Positions 1 through 9,435 of a DNA stretch of 64,000 nt are shown one piece after another. The notes beneath the pieces are model-generated. The model searched no databases, was not told where the DNA came from, and was given only the letters and a program-made list of their open reading frames with translations. Within the stretch, counting starts at the first letter, position 1. The number at the start of each line of letters is the position of its first letter. Source of the DNA: Candidatus Saccharimonadota bacterium (GTDB taxonomy: Bacteria > Patescibacteriota > Saccharimonadia > Saccharimonadales > Saccharimonadaceae); the NCBI GenBank assembly GCA_017432225.1, contig JAFRJN010000004.1, positions 42,201 through 106,200 of the forward strand, read 5' to 3'. The position numbers and the translations under genes were made by a program.

Positions 1-559
1 TGATATATTTCTTCGAGAGATTTTCGTAAAATTTACAAGAGGGGTCGTCGGCATTTAGTATGCAAAAATCGGCATTTTTAAACAATTTGCCTTTGGCGGC
101 ACGATAATTTGCGAAGGTTTTGTGGTAGTCCAGGTGCTCGTGGGTGAGGTTGGTAAAAATCGCAATTTCGAAGGGGACGCCGAGGGTGCGGAATTCAGCG
201 AGGGCGTGAGAAGTGACTTCTAGTACCAGATACTCGGCGCCGGAGTCGGCGATTTTTTTGATACGTTTATTGAGAGTGAGGGCATCGACGGTGGTCATGT
301 GAGCGAGCTCGGGCTCGAGATCATCCACGCCCCAGGCGACGGTAGTCATGAGGCCAGTTTTATATCCGGCGGAGTTTAGTATGTGCCAAAGCATGAAGCA
401 AGTGGTAGTCTTGCCATTGGTGCCGGTGACGCCAATGACATGAAGTTTTTTCGCGGGCCAGCCATTTTTGGCCCCCGCTACGACCGACTGCAGATAGTGA
501 TAGGGAAGGACGGCGGTGTTATAAAAAGGCAGTTTCTCGAGAGTGGATTTGAAACTCAT
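1..559 (-). CDS. murE: Mur ligase, MurE-like, N-terminal part only (gene continues past the left window edge)
   Basis: Manual reverse translation from ATG 559..557 gives MSFKSTLEKL...KKLHVIGVTGTNGKTTTCFML (Mur ligase P-loop)...YLVLEVTSHAL...IFTNLTHEHLDYHKTF...AAKGKLF. ATGA start/stop overlap with the upstream permease. Absent from the ORF track because it is truncated by the window edge. Confidence 0.75.
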   Translation of the reverse strand, partial: MSFKSTLEKLPFYNTAVLPYHYLQSVVAGAKNGWPAKKLHVIGVTGTNGKTTTCFMLWHILNSAGYKTGLMTTVAWGVDDLEPELAHMTTVDALTLNKRIKKIADSGAEYLVLEVTSHALAEFRTLGVPFEIAIFTNLTHEHLDYHKTFANYRAAKGKLFKNADFCILNADDPSCKFYENLSKKYI

Positions 560-1785
560 TGGAGGTGCCTCAAGGAATCAATTGGGCGCTTGCTGGCGGC
601 TTTTAATGCCGGGTAGGTGCCGAAGACGATGCCAACAATAATGGTAGAAAGGACGGTGACCACGATAATTTCCCAGGAGGCATAGGGGCTAAATGGAGTG
701 ATTAGAGAGACGAGGAAGGCGAGGAAGTAGCCGAGGAAGAGACCAAGGACGCTGCCGAGGAAGGAAAGGATGAAAGCTTCGAGCATGAACTGCATGAGAA
801 TATTGCGCGCGGAGGCGCCGACGGCTTTTCGGATACCGATTTCGTGAGTGCGCTCGGAAACCGAGACAAGCATAATATTCATGATACCAATACCGCCGAC
901 AACTAGGGAGATGCCAGCGACCAAAGCAAGCATGCCAGAAATAATGCCTAAGAGACTGCTAGCTGGGTGAGAAATAGAGTCGCCGTAGGAGACAGAGAAA
1001 TTGGTGTCACCATAACGATTCTCTTTGAGAGCGGTAGCGATATTGCCGGCAATAGGCTCGAGCAGGCTGGTATTGAGAGCGCGGACGTTGATTTGCTGAA
1101 TTTGGACATAGCCCATCAAGTTTTCCATGGTCTCAATATTGATAAAGAGGGTTTTATTAAAATTAACATTGTCAAAATTGACACTTTCCTCAATCTCGTC
1201 TAAAACACCTACGATAATAAAACGCTGCCCATAGAAGGAAAGAGTGCGACCTACAGGGTTGGAGCTGTTGTAGAGTTCGAGAGCGAGCTGCTGGCCGATA
1301 ACGGCAGCGTTGGCGCTGTTTTTGTCATTTAGAAAGACGCCGTATTTGAGAGTAAGTGGCTCGATAGTGTGAAACTCTGGAGTAGTACCAACAACGGTAG
1401 CGGACGGAACGATATTCTCCTCATTCATGAGAGTATTAGTAGAAATAGCGATCGGGGCAGTAGCGGTGACGCCTTCTACGGCGGAAATGGTCGAAACGTC
1501 TAGGAGAGAAAGGCTACTTTTTTCGAAAGAATTAGCCGAGGTGAGCTCCTCTACGATGCTAGTAACTGCATCTTTGGAATGAGTCGGACGAACCACGATT
1601 AGGTCCGAGCCAATATTGGTAGCTTCGTGGCGGATGAGACTAGAGATACTACCAGTAAGACTCAAGATAAGAGTGATACTAGCAATACCGATAGCAATGC
1701 CGAGGCAGGTGAGAAAAGACCTGGTGCGGTTCTGCCGAATGGAAGCACGAGCAAGCCTTAAATGAGTTTTGAAAAGAAGCGCCAT
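556..1785 (-). CDS. ABC transporter permease, MacB/FtsX family
   Basis: 409 aa. N-terminal TM, large extracytoplasmic domain, C-terminal FtsX-type TM bundle with the SERTHEIGIRKAVGA motif. Immediately follows the ATPase gene. Confidence 0.85.
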   Translation of the reverse strand: MALLFKTHLRLARASIRQNRTRSFLTCLGIAIGIASITLILSLTGSISSLIRHEATNIGSDLIVVRPTHSKDAVTSIVEELTSANSFEKSSLSLLDVSTISAVEGVTATAPIAISTNTLMNEENIVPSATVVGTTPEFHTIEPLTLKYGVFLNDKNSANAAVIGQQLALELYNSSNPVGRTLSFYGQRFIIVGVLDEIEESVNFDNVNFNKTLFINIETMENLMGYVQIQQINVRALNTSLLEPIAGNIATALKENRYGDTNFSVSYGDSISHPASSLLGIISGMLALVAGISLVVGGIGIMNIMLVSVSERTHEIGIRKAVGASARNILMQFMLEAFILSFLGSVLGLFLGYFLAFLVSLITPFSPYASWEIIVVTVLSTIIVGIVFGTYPALKAASKRPIDSLRHLQ

Positions 1786-2556
1786 TTATTTTTCTCCTTT
1801 GTGAGATTTACGACGACGATGTTTCTTGGTCTTGGCATTAATTGGCTGAGGAAGGTTGTAATCGGAAACGGTTTTGACATCGGTAGCGATCTGGCCATCT
1901 AGCATATTGATAACACGAGTAGCATAAACCGTGAGGGCAGGGTTGTGCGTGACCATGATGATGGTGTTGCCCTCCTCATGAATAGCCTTGAGCTCGTCCA
2001 TGACGATACTAGAAGAGCGGGAATCGAGGTTGCCAGTGGGCTCGTCAGCCAGAATAATCTCTGGGTCGGAGACGATGGCGCGAGCGATAGCAACACGCTG
2101 TTTCTGGCCGCCGGAGAGCTGGCTGGGGTGATAATATTCGCGTTCGCCGAGATGAAATCTTTTCAAAGCGTTAGAGGCGGCTTTGAGGCGGACAGTGCGG
2201 GGGCGATTAACATAAACTAGAGGAAGAGCGACGTTCTCAATCACGGTAAGATTCTGAATGAGATTAAAATCCTGGAAGATAAAGCCGATTTTCTTGGCGC
2301 GAAGGCGAGCCTGACGAGCAGAGGAAATGTCGGAGACATCCTCGCCGTTTAGATAATATTCACCATCAGTGGCGCGGTCTAGGAGACCAATGATATTAAG
2401 AAGCGTGGTCTTGCCACAGCCGGATGGTCCCATGATCATGACGAATTCGCCGCGTTTAATCGTAAGGTCAAAGTCTTGAAGAGCAAAAGACGCCGTATCG
2501 CCATAGCCGTAGCGTTTGGTCAGACCGGACATTTTGATTACTATATTATCATCCAT
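1786..2556 (-). CDS. ABC transporter ATP-binding protein (MacB/LolD-like)
   Basis: Walker [10 protein letters not shown], signature LSGGQKQRV, Walker B ILADEPT. Basic C-terminal tail. SD-like AAGGGGG upstream. Confidence 0.9.
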   Translation of the reverse strand: MDDNIVIKMSGLTKRYGYGDTASFALQDFDLTIKRGEFVMIMGPSGCGKTTLLNIIGLLDRATDGEYYLNGEDVSDISSARQARLRAKKIGFIFQDFNLIQNLTVIENVALPLVYVNRPRTVRLKAASNALKRFHLGEREYYHPSQLSGGQKQRVAIARAIVSDPEIILADEPTGNLDSRSSSIVMDELKAIHEEGNTIIMVTHNPALTVYATRVINMLDGQIATDVKTVSDYNLPQPINAKTKKHRRRKSHKGEK

Positions 2557-2629
2557 AAATTAACCAACCCCCTTTCACATCTCTTTGATTAAATTATAAC
2601 AAAAGGCCTGGGAAATGACAATAAAAAAA

Positions 2630-2719
2630 TGGCGGAAGCGAGAGGATTCGAACCTCCGGTAGAGTTGCCCCTACACACGCTTTCCAAGCGTGCTCCTTAA
2701 ACCACTCGGACACACTTCC
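2630..2719 (-). tRNA. tRNA-Ser(GGA), CCA encoded
   Basis: Manual fold: acceptor GGAAGTG/CGCTTCC, anticodon stem CACGC/GCGTG with loop TTGGAAA, long variable arm, T-arm GGAGGTTCGAATCCTCT, 3' GCCA. Confidence 0.9.
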
Positions 2720-2761
2720 GTCTATATTGATTATAACATAACTCGACAGAAGTGAAAATAC

Positions 2762-2791
2762 GAAAAAACGGCCTCACAAAGTGGGGCCGTT
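2762..2791 (-). terminator. Rho-independent terminator after the HD-domain gene
   Basis: 10-bp stem acggcctcac/gtggggccgt with a 3-nt loop, followed on the minus strand by TTTTTT. Confidence 0.75.
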
Positions 2792-2797
2792 TAAAAA

Positions 2798-3568
2798 TTA
2801 GGTGGTAGTGAGAATTTCGGGAATCTTGGTCAAATCTTCGTCAGTTTTGACGGAAAGGATCCGATTCATTAGCTCATCATCAGGTGCATTTTTGTACGAT
2901 AAATCAATATTTACCACGACCGAGAGAGTATTGACGTACCCGGTAAGGGTCGTCCGAAGCGTATGGATTTGATTGGAATATTCTGGCCATCTGAGTTTTG
3001 AATCTTTGAGCAAGGGGAGAAGAAAGAACCAGGTCTCAAAACAATTTTTAACTATTGATGCTCTGGTCATATCCTTCGCCATAGTGCTCAAGTTGTGCCG
3101 ACGATCAAAGCCTTTACCAATGGTAGCGTAGCGATTAGTGGCAAGATTTTTGTAATATCTCGTCTTGGTCTCCAGCTTGGTCTCGCCAGACATCTTACGA
3201 ATTGTCATACATTCAACTGCGCGCTTGGTCTCCTCGTCTACGGGTAAATCCATTGCGAGAGCGCCTTCATCCTCCAATACGTCATGGAGGAGCAGAGTAG
3301 CAAGCAAAACATCTTCGTTTAGATTCATGCCGACAGCATCACAGGCCAGAGAAAGCGGGTGAATAATATACGGTTCACCGGACGCACGCGCACGCTCGCT
3401 GTGTTTGTCTCTGGCATAGCCGAGAGCGCGAGCAGTGTTAGGATGTTTGCCATCCGAACAGACTCCCCTCATAAAGGTAAACATCTTGGTCGAGCGTTCG
3501 GTGTAGTATGCAATTTTCTCCTCTTTGGTCATGCGGATAAGATCGTGCCTAGCATCCCTACTATCCAT
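2798..3568 (-). CDS. HD-domain phosphohydrolase, RelA/SpoT-hydrolase-like (possible small alarmone hydrolase)
   Basis: HPLSLA...LLHDVLED HD motif. Start moved to ATG 3568 (MDSRDARH), which has AGGAGG 8 nt upstream. The longer track ORF would overlap the neighbouring gene. Confidence 0.7.
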   Translation of the reverse strand: MDSRDARHDLIRMTKEEKIAYYTERSTKMFTFMRGVCSDGKHPNTARALGYARDKHSERARASGEPYIIHPLSLACDAVGMNLNEDVLLATLLLHDVLEDEGALAMDLPVDEETKRAVECMTIRKMSGETKLETKTRYYKNLATNRYATIGKGFDRRHNLSTMAKDMTRASIVKNCFETWFFLLPLLKDSKLRWPEYSNQIHTLRTTLTGYVNTLSVVVNIDLSYKNAPDDELMNRILSVKTDEDLTKIPEILTTT

Positions 3569-3632
3569 TTTTTCATACCTCCTTTTAAAAGTGCAGTCAC
3601 CACCACCACGAGATATTATATCATAAAAATGC

Positions 3633-4781
3633 TTACAGGGAAAGCACAACCAGATTCTCAATGTGGGGAGTGTGAGGGAAGAAATTGAAAGTTTTAACCT
3701 TATCAATGTGGTATTTTTCTAGCAAAATCTTGATGTCGCGGGCTTGGGTGGCGGGGTTGCACGAAAGGTAGGCAATCTTTGGAGGTGCTACTTCTAGGAG
3801 CCTTTCGGCGAGCTTTCTATCGATGCCGGCGCGAGGAGGATCCAGAATAATAGTCTCTGTATTATTTATATAATTTAATGTATTTTCTGATTTTTCTAAT
3901 ATAGTAATTATATTATTTTGATTTCTGCTATTATTTACTAGCTCTTTGTAGGCGGATTTGTCGACTTCTACTAACGTTAGTTTACAGTCGCGGGCGACGG
4001 AGAGGCCGATGGTGCCGACGCCGGAATAGAGGTCGAGGACCTCGTCAGTATTGATATGCTGTTTAATTTCTTTTAGCACCGTTTCATAGACCGGGAGGTT
4101 GATTTGAAAAAAGCCATTAGGTGAATAGGAATACTCGTGGCCCAAAATCTCATCTTCTAGATTATCAAAAACTGGGTGAGGCTTCCCATTTTCAAAAAGA
4201 CCACCAGACACCTCGCCGGCTTGATTACAGCGGAGCAAGAGAGATTGATATTTGCGAGCCTCCTCATGGCGAGTATTTAGATCGTCGATGATTTCGAGAG
4301 CCCTCTTAAAAATCTCGGGGCGCTCTAAAGAAGATTTAAAAATCGGGACCTTACGGTGAGAACCGCGAGCATGAAAAGCGAGATGGATTTTTTCGTCTAA
4401 ATGGTCGTAGTAGAGAGCATATTCCATTTTGTTACGATACTCATAATCTTTGCCATCCGTAATAATCTCCGGGGCGTCTATCGTAATATCGTGCTCACGG
4501 AAAATCTCCTGAACCAGGAGGGATTTTTGCTCTAACTCATAACTATAATCTAAAATTTGCCACGGTGAGGTAGAAAGAAAGCATTCGTCTTTTGGCTCAA
4601 TACGGTAAGGGGAGGGGTTCTCAATTTTGGTGGCGATGGCTTCAAAATAGGAAGATTTATTTTTTACTATCTCAAAATCTGTGACGATCTCGCCAGGGAG
4701 AGCATTCCAGAAAAAGGCCTTTTTGCCATCATCTCTCGTGGCTAGGCTAAAACCGCCAGGGATAAATTTTTCCACTAACAT
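3633..4781 (-). CDS. SAM-dependent RNA (uracil-5)-methyltransferase, TrmA/RlmD family
   Basis: Motifs DLYSGVGTIGL, DPPRAGI, YLSCNPATQARD. 382 aa. Confidence 0.8.
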   Translation of the reverse strand: MLVEKFIPGGFSLATRDDGKKAFFWNALPGEIVTDFEIVKNKSSYFEAIATKIENPSPYRIEPKDECFLSTSPWQILDYSYELEQKSLLVQEIFREHDITIDAPEIITDGKDYEYRNKMEYALYYDHLDEKIHLAFHARGSHRKVPIFKSSLERPEIFKRALEIIDDLNTRHEEARKYQSLLLRCNQAGEVSGGLFENGKPHPVFDNLEDEILGHEYSYSPNGFFQINLPVYETVLKEIKQHINTDEVLDLYSGVGTIGLSVARDCKLTLVEVDKSAYKELVNNSRNQNNIITILEKSENTLNYINNTETIILDPPRAGIDRKLAERLLEVAPPKIAYLSCNPATQARDIKILLEKYHIDKVKTFNFFPHTPHIENLVVLSL

Positions 4782-4837
4782 GTTTTATATTATAGCATAT
4801 TTACAGGGGGCGTGAAGTGTTATATAATATATTTATT

Positions 4838-7048
4838 ATGTCAGCAGAAGAAGTGCTGAAAAATAGCGAAAGGTCAGCCACCACAAATCGTCAGGGTCCG
4901 GATTCCCAGATTATTAATCATGTGACGGGTGAGCATGGGCGAACTGTCCTTCAAAATCTTAAAAAGCATAAGTCGCTTGGGGTAATTGGACTAGTGACTT
5001 TGGTGCTATTAACTCTAGTAGTATTATTTTCCTTTGGAAATTTAATTCCGGCGGCGATTCTAGACCGATTGATTGAGGCAACTGATGTACAATATGCGGA
5101 TGCAGTAGAGAGTAAGTTTCTAGTCTTTGAGCAAGCATTAGAGAATAGCAATGTACCAGAAAACACTATTAAGAGATTAGCTTCTAACGGCATAACCGTG
5201 GATGGCAGCTCTTTAATCTTTAAAGGTGAAACGATTGCGGCGGGGGATTTCATTAATAAAGTCCATAGCAATACCGAACTTTATAATGCTTTTAATGCGG
5301 CAACTTATGATCGAGCAGCCTATTATTATGATGAATCGGCAGAGGCGGTGTTTAAAAAGATTGGGACTTCAAGAAATAACTATTCGTCGAGTTCGGATTT
5401 TAACACAGTAATGAGCAAACTGGTGGGGGATGGTAGTAATATAGATATTTCTAATGTAGGACTATTTGAAAAAGAGGACGAAGAGACTGGCGAGAAATAC
5501 ATGGAATACGACACGGTAAATGGTGGGGCGAGTTCTAAATCGCCGGCGGCGGAATTTATTAGTAAAGTTTCCAAGAATACCTTGGCAGAGGATGGGCTCA
5601 CAGCGACTTTGTATGCTACAGATGCACTAAACACAGCTGATACAATTTCAAAAGAGCAGAAGGCTAGTATTTTCTTTATGGCTTTAATGGAAAACATCAG
5701 TAAAATGAAAGCGGGGGAGGGGAACACGGCAAAAATCAACGAAGCAATGAATTTTCTTTATGATGTAAAAGAGTCTAGTGTGGTAGATGTAAATACGGGT
5801 GAAACTATTACCACGACCGGTAGCGCTCTAGAATCGCCGAGTCTATATGCAATTTTGGCAGGTTCGCAAATTGACGGAAATAAGGTAACTAATTATGCTT
5901 CGGATAGGGTACTTAAAACCGTAGAAAATAAAGTAGGGGTAGATACGGTAGGAGAAGAAGTGAAAGAAGGGAATGTTACATCTACTTCCACTAAGCTCCG
6001 GGGGATGATTGGAAGATTTTTGGAGTTTTTTGGCGAGGAGGCAGATGAGGATACCATATCTAGTGTAACCGAGATAATTAATAGCTCGATGATGGAAAAT
6101 AGCTTTGACTCGATTAATGGTATTTACGCAGGAGAGGTACTAGTGGAGGGGGCGGTGAATGTAGGAAAAGAACTCGCAAAAGCTAGTGGGGCGACGGCGG
6201 GTGATGCAGAGGCCACAAAGTCTTATGCAATACTAAACGATACTATTCTAGCGCTTGATGCGGAGGCAGACCGAATGAATCGGAGCCCATTTGATATTAC
6301 CTCCAAAAATACTTTCCTTGGTTCGATTATTTATCGTCTAGGTGTAAGTGTAGCGAGTAGTAGGTTCAGCAGCACTTTTAACACTATTGGTTCAACAATG
6401 GGAAATATTATTGGAACTTTTGATAATATATTTTCATCATCAACTAAAGCAGAGGATGCTGGGACACAATACCTTGCAAACTTTGGTAATTGTGAAACCC
6501 TCGGCTCGGTAGGCGCGGTGGGGTCAGTGGGGTGCTCGGAAGTTGCAAGTTTTGATACTTCTACACTTAACGATACTTTCCATGATGAAGGTTTTATCTC
6601 TTTTGTAGAAGAAAATACTACTATAGATGAATCTGGCACTAGAGTGATAAAGAAAGATTCTAAATTGGCAGATTTTATTAAATATAATAATGAGAGAATT
6701 ACGCCAATAGGAGTGATGGATGGAGGGATTTTAAACTCTATTACAAGTGGCACTTCTAAACTTTCGTTTGTGTCAGATATTATTTCGATGGTAAAAATTT
6801 GGCTGGGAGCGAGCGACGAAGAAAAAAATATGGCGACCGGAAAAAGTTTTGTCAATTCTAGCTCCAATAGTGAATGGGAGACTTATAAATACGCCCAGAG
6901 ATATGTGTCGCTGGCGCGGGCGACGGAAGCACTTCGTCAATACGATGGAGATGTGACAGCTTACGCAGATCTAAAGTTTTTCGAAGGAACTGAAAATCCA
7001 GTAGTAGCGTTCCTTGAAAATTATTATAACGAAATAGCTAATAATTAA
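4838..7048 (+). CDS. Hypothetical membrane-anchored protein with a large extracytoplasmic region
   Basis: Long ORF. One TM near residues 55-80, then about 650 aa of Ser/Thr/Asn/Glu-rich sequence with no motif I recognise. Start placed at ATG 4838, 9 nt after a TATAAT box. Confidence 0.6.
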   Translation: MSAEEVLKNSERSATTNRQGPDSQIINHVTGEHGRTVLQNLKKHKSLGVIGLVTLVLLTLVVLFSFGNLIPAAILDRLIEATDVQYADAVESKFLVFEQALENSNVPENTIKRLASNGITVDGSSLIFKGETIAAGDFINKVHSNTELYNAFNAATYDRAAYYYDESAEAVFKKIGTSRNNYSSSSDFNTVMSKLVGDGSNIDISNVGLFEKEDEETGEKYMEYDTVNGGASSKSPAAEFISKVSKNTLAEDGLTATLYATDALNTADTISKEQKASIFFMALMENISKMKAGEGNTAKINEAMNFLYDVKESSVVDVNTGETITTTGSALESPSLYAILAGSQIDGNKVTNYASDRVLKTVENKVGVDTVGEEVKEGNVTSTSTKLRGMIGRFLEFFGEEADEDTISSVTEIINSSMMENSFDSINGIYAGEVLVEGAVNVGKELAKASGATAGDAEATKSYAILNDTILALDAEADRMNRSPFDITSKNTFLGSIIYRLGVSVASSRFSSTFNTIGSTMGNIIGTFDNIFSSSTKAEDAGTQYLANFGNCETLGSVGAVGSVGCSEVASFDTSTLNDTFHDEGFISFVEENTTIDESGTRVIKKDSKLADFIKYNNERITPIGVMDGGILNSITSGTSKLSFVSDIISMVKIWLGASDEEKNMATGKSFVNSSSNSEWETYKYAQRYVSLARATEALRQYDGDVTAYADLKFFEGTENPVVAFLENYYNEIANN

Positions 7049-8049
7049 TCTTTGGCAAACTTTTCTACGCTCGTGATGATGACTTGATGGTTTTTGAAAT
7101 TATCAATCAGGGAAGAGCGGCGAGTATTATCGAGCTCCGAAAAAACATCATCAAGTAAAATAATCGGTTTCTTTAATAAATTATCCGCTATAATGTTAGC
7201 CTCAATGAATTTAAGCGCCAGAATAATGGAACGGGTTTCACCACGCGAGGCGGAGCCATTTGCAGGTTTGTGATTAAAAATAAAATCAATTACATCACGA
7301 TGTGAGCCAAAAGTAGTATGGCCTAAAAGATGATCCTTGGTAAAATTTTTTTCTAAAATTTCTAAATATTGATTTTCGGTGAGGTTTGAAACCTCGGACA
7401 TAAAACTTAAATTAATTTCATCCTGATTATCGGCGATAGAATGATAAGTACTAGTAAAAACCAGATTAATGTCATTTAAAAACTTTTCGCGAAGGTTTTT
7501 AAGAATAATGCCGTTTTTAGCTAATAAAACATTCCATGGAAAAATAGTAGTAGAATCTATAAATTCTTGCTTTAAGAGTTTGTTACGCTGGGTGATAGCC
7601 TTTTCATATTTATTGACCGCTGTGGCGTATTCAGGACTCAAAATAGAAAAGACCTGATCAAAATATTTACGACGAGTGGAAGGGGAGTGACTGATTAGAT
7701 TTAAATCTGATGGTTGAAATAAAATAACCGGATATTTATTTTTGAGTGGCAATCTGGTAGTTTTTTTATCTAAAATTTTAAAAGTTTTTTTGGTCCTATC
7801 ATAACTTGCGGTGATTTTTTCACCATTATCATATTCTAGCTCAATACGATAAAAATCCGTGTCTCTTTTAATGATGTCAGGGTCGGTAGCACGAAAACTT
7901 TTACCTTGAGTGAGGATATAAATAGCCTCAAGTACAGAAGTTTTGCCACAACCGTTCTCACCCAGAATCAAAGTAGTATCTTTATTGCAATCTAAAAAGT
8001 AGTTGGCATGGTTTCTAAAATTGGTGAGAGAAATGGATTTGATTATCAT
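7045..8049 (-). CDS. recF: DNA replication and repair protein RecF
   Basis: Walker A GENGCGKTS, C-terminal LLDDVFSELD. Position directly after dnaN. Confidence 0.9.
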   Translation of the reverse strand: MIIKSISLTNFRNHANYFLDCNKDTTLILGENGCGKTSVLEAIYILTQGKSFRATDPDIIKRDTDFYRIELEYDNGEKITASYDRTKKTFKILDKKTTRLPLKNKYPVILFQPSDLNLISHSPSTRRKYFDQVFSILSPEYATAVNKYEKAITQRNKLLKQEFIDSTTIFPWNVLLAKNGIILKNLREKFLNDINLVFTSTYHSIADNQDEINLSFMSEVSNLTENQYLEILEKNFTKDHLLGHTTFGSHRDVIDFIFNHKPANGSASRGETRSIILALKFIEANIIADNLLKKPIILLDDVFSELDNTRRSSLIDNFKNHQVIITSVEKFAKD

Positions 8050-8050
8050 T

Positions 8051-9178
8051 TTAGATACTTAATGGCATTACAACATGAATATAATCGTCAGATTTTTGAT
8101 TTTTTAGAACTAGAGGATAGGCGAGGCCAGTAGATTTATCAACACCTTCACTAAATCCGAGAGAGACTTTTTTGCCATCAATATTATTTAGTGCATCAAT
8201 GAGATAACGAGAAGTGATGCTGATTTTGCCATTTTTATCTATTTTGGTTTCAATAATTGAGTCATTCTCACCATACTCATTAGCAATAGAGTGAATAGAG
8301 AAAGTATTATTCTCGGAATTTGTTTCACAGGTAATAGCATCGTTAGCACCGTGGCGAGCGAATAAACTAGCAAGCTTGGCAACGCGGAGAAGCTCGTCGC
8401 GGTCGGCTTCAAAGTTAATTTCGGAGTTTGTAGAGAAAAGTTTGTCGACATCTGGATATTCGGCGTCGATAAGCTTGGAAATAATCTCTACTTCGCCAAG
8501 GCGGAAGCGGACTAAATCTTCAGCAAAGGATAGTTCGATTTCTTCCATACTGTCATCGATAGAGCGGAGAACTTCCTGGAGTGAGCTAGCTGGAACGGTA
8601 ACTTTGATTTCACTTTTGACATCTTTTACTAGAACTTTCTTTGCTAAACGATAGCCATCAGTGGAAACAAGATAGAGAATTTTATTTTTGGTGTAGAAAT
8701 GAATACCGGTGAGGGCGGGACGATTAAAGTCGTTACTAGCTGCTACGAGCACTTGATTGGCACTATTTTTAAAATCCTCGATGCCAACCTTAAAAATTAC
8801 CGCGGATTTTTCATTAATTTCTGGGAGTTCTGGAAAATCGTCAGCTGGAGCGCCGTTAATGAGAGAAGAATACTTACCGGCGGCGATATTAATCTTATTA
8901 TCGCTTGAGGTAATCTTTACTGGTGTAGATTTGGGAAGGTTGGAGACAAATTCGGCGAGAAGTCTAGCTGGAACAGTGACAACTCCATCTTTTGAAGAAG
9001 AAACTGGTAGATAATCAATAGTAGCCATATCAAGGTTGGTGGTGATCAGGGAGACCTTTTTATCTTGGACTTTGATGAGTACATTATTTAAGACTGGTAG
9101 AGTAACTTTACCAGTAGCGATGCGACTGACATTATTTAAAGCTTTGGCTAACTTTTCTTGGGCGACTTCAATTTCCAT
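8051..9178 (-). CDS. dnaN: DNA polymerase III beta sliding clamp
   Basis: 375 aa with three-domain clamp-like sequence. Canonical dnaA-dnaN-recF order. Confidence 0.9.
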   Translation of the reverse strand: MEIEVAQEKLAKALNNVSRIATGKVTLPVLNNVLIKVQDKKVSLITTNLDMATIDYLPVSSSKDGVVTVPARLLAEFVSNLPKSTPVKITSSDNKINIAAGKYSSLINGAPADDFPELPEINEKSAVIFKVGIEDFKNSANQVLVAASNDFNRPALTGIHFYTKNKILYLVSTDGYRLAKKVLVKDVKSEIKVTVPASSLQEVLRSIDDSMEEIELSFAEDLVRFRLGEVEIISKLIDAEYPDVDKLFSTNSEINFEADRDELLRVAKLASLFARHGANDAITCETNSENNTFSIHSIANEYGENDSIIETKIDKNGKISITSRYLIDALNNIDGKKVSLGFSEGVDKSTGLAYPLVLKNQKSDDYIHVVMPLSI

Positions 9179-9435
9179 TTTAATCCTTTCTTTAATTATT
9201 ATTATATTTATATATATCGTAGTAGTAGTAATAGTAGGGTCTGTGTAAAAGTGGAAAAGTCTTGGTTGAAACAGGGGAAGGGATATTGTTTAAAAGTCGG
9301 TGGAACGGTAGTATAAAAATGTGAAAAAAGTGGGTGTTATAATGTGAATAAAATTTTGTGGTGTAAATATCCACAAAATTTTGCACGAGATTTACACGGG
9401 AATTTGCACATAGTTTTGCACGGGATTTACACAAT
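9179..9435. other. oriC module 1 (dnaA-dnaN spacer): DnaA-box array, trinucleotide repeats, A/T-rich unwinding candidate
   Basis: ATATCCACA at 9367-9375. Five same-orientation (A/T)TTT(G/A)CAC(G/A) 9-mers start at 9379, 9390, 9402, 9414 and 9425. TGTGTAAAA and AGTGGAAAA lie at 9242-9258. Pure A/T 27-mer at 9191-9217. Confidence 0.7.
9220..9237 (+). repeat. Candidate DnaA-trio array (TAG TAG TAG TAA TAG TAG)
   Basis: Six consecutive TAG/TAA trinucleotides sit between the A/T 27-mer and a short G/C spacer (ggtc), followed by two DnaA-box-like 9-mers. Confidence 0.55.
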
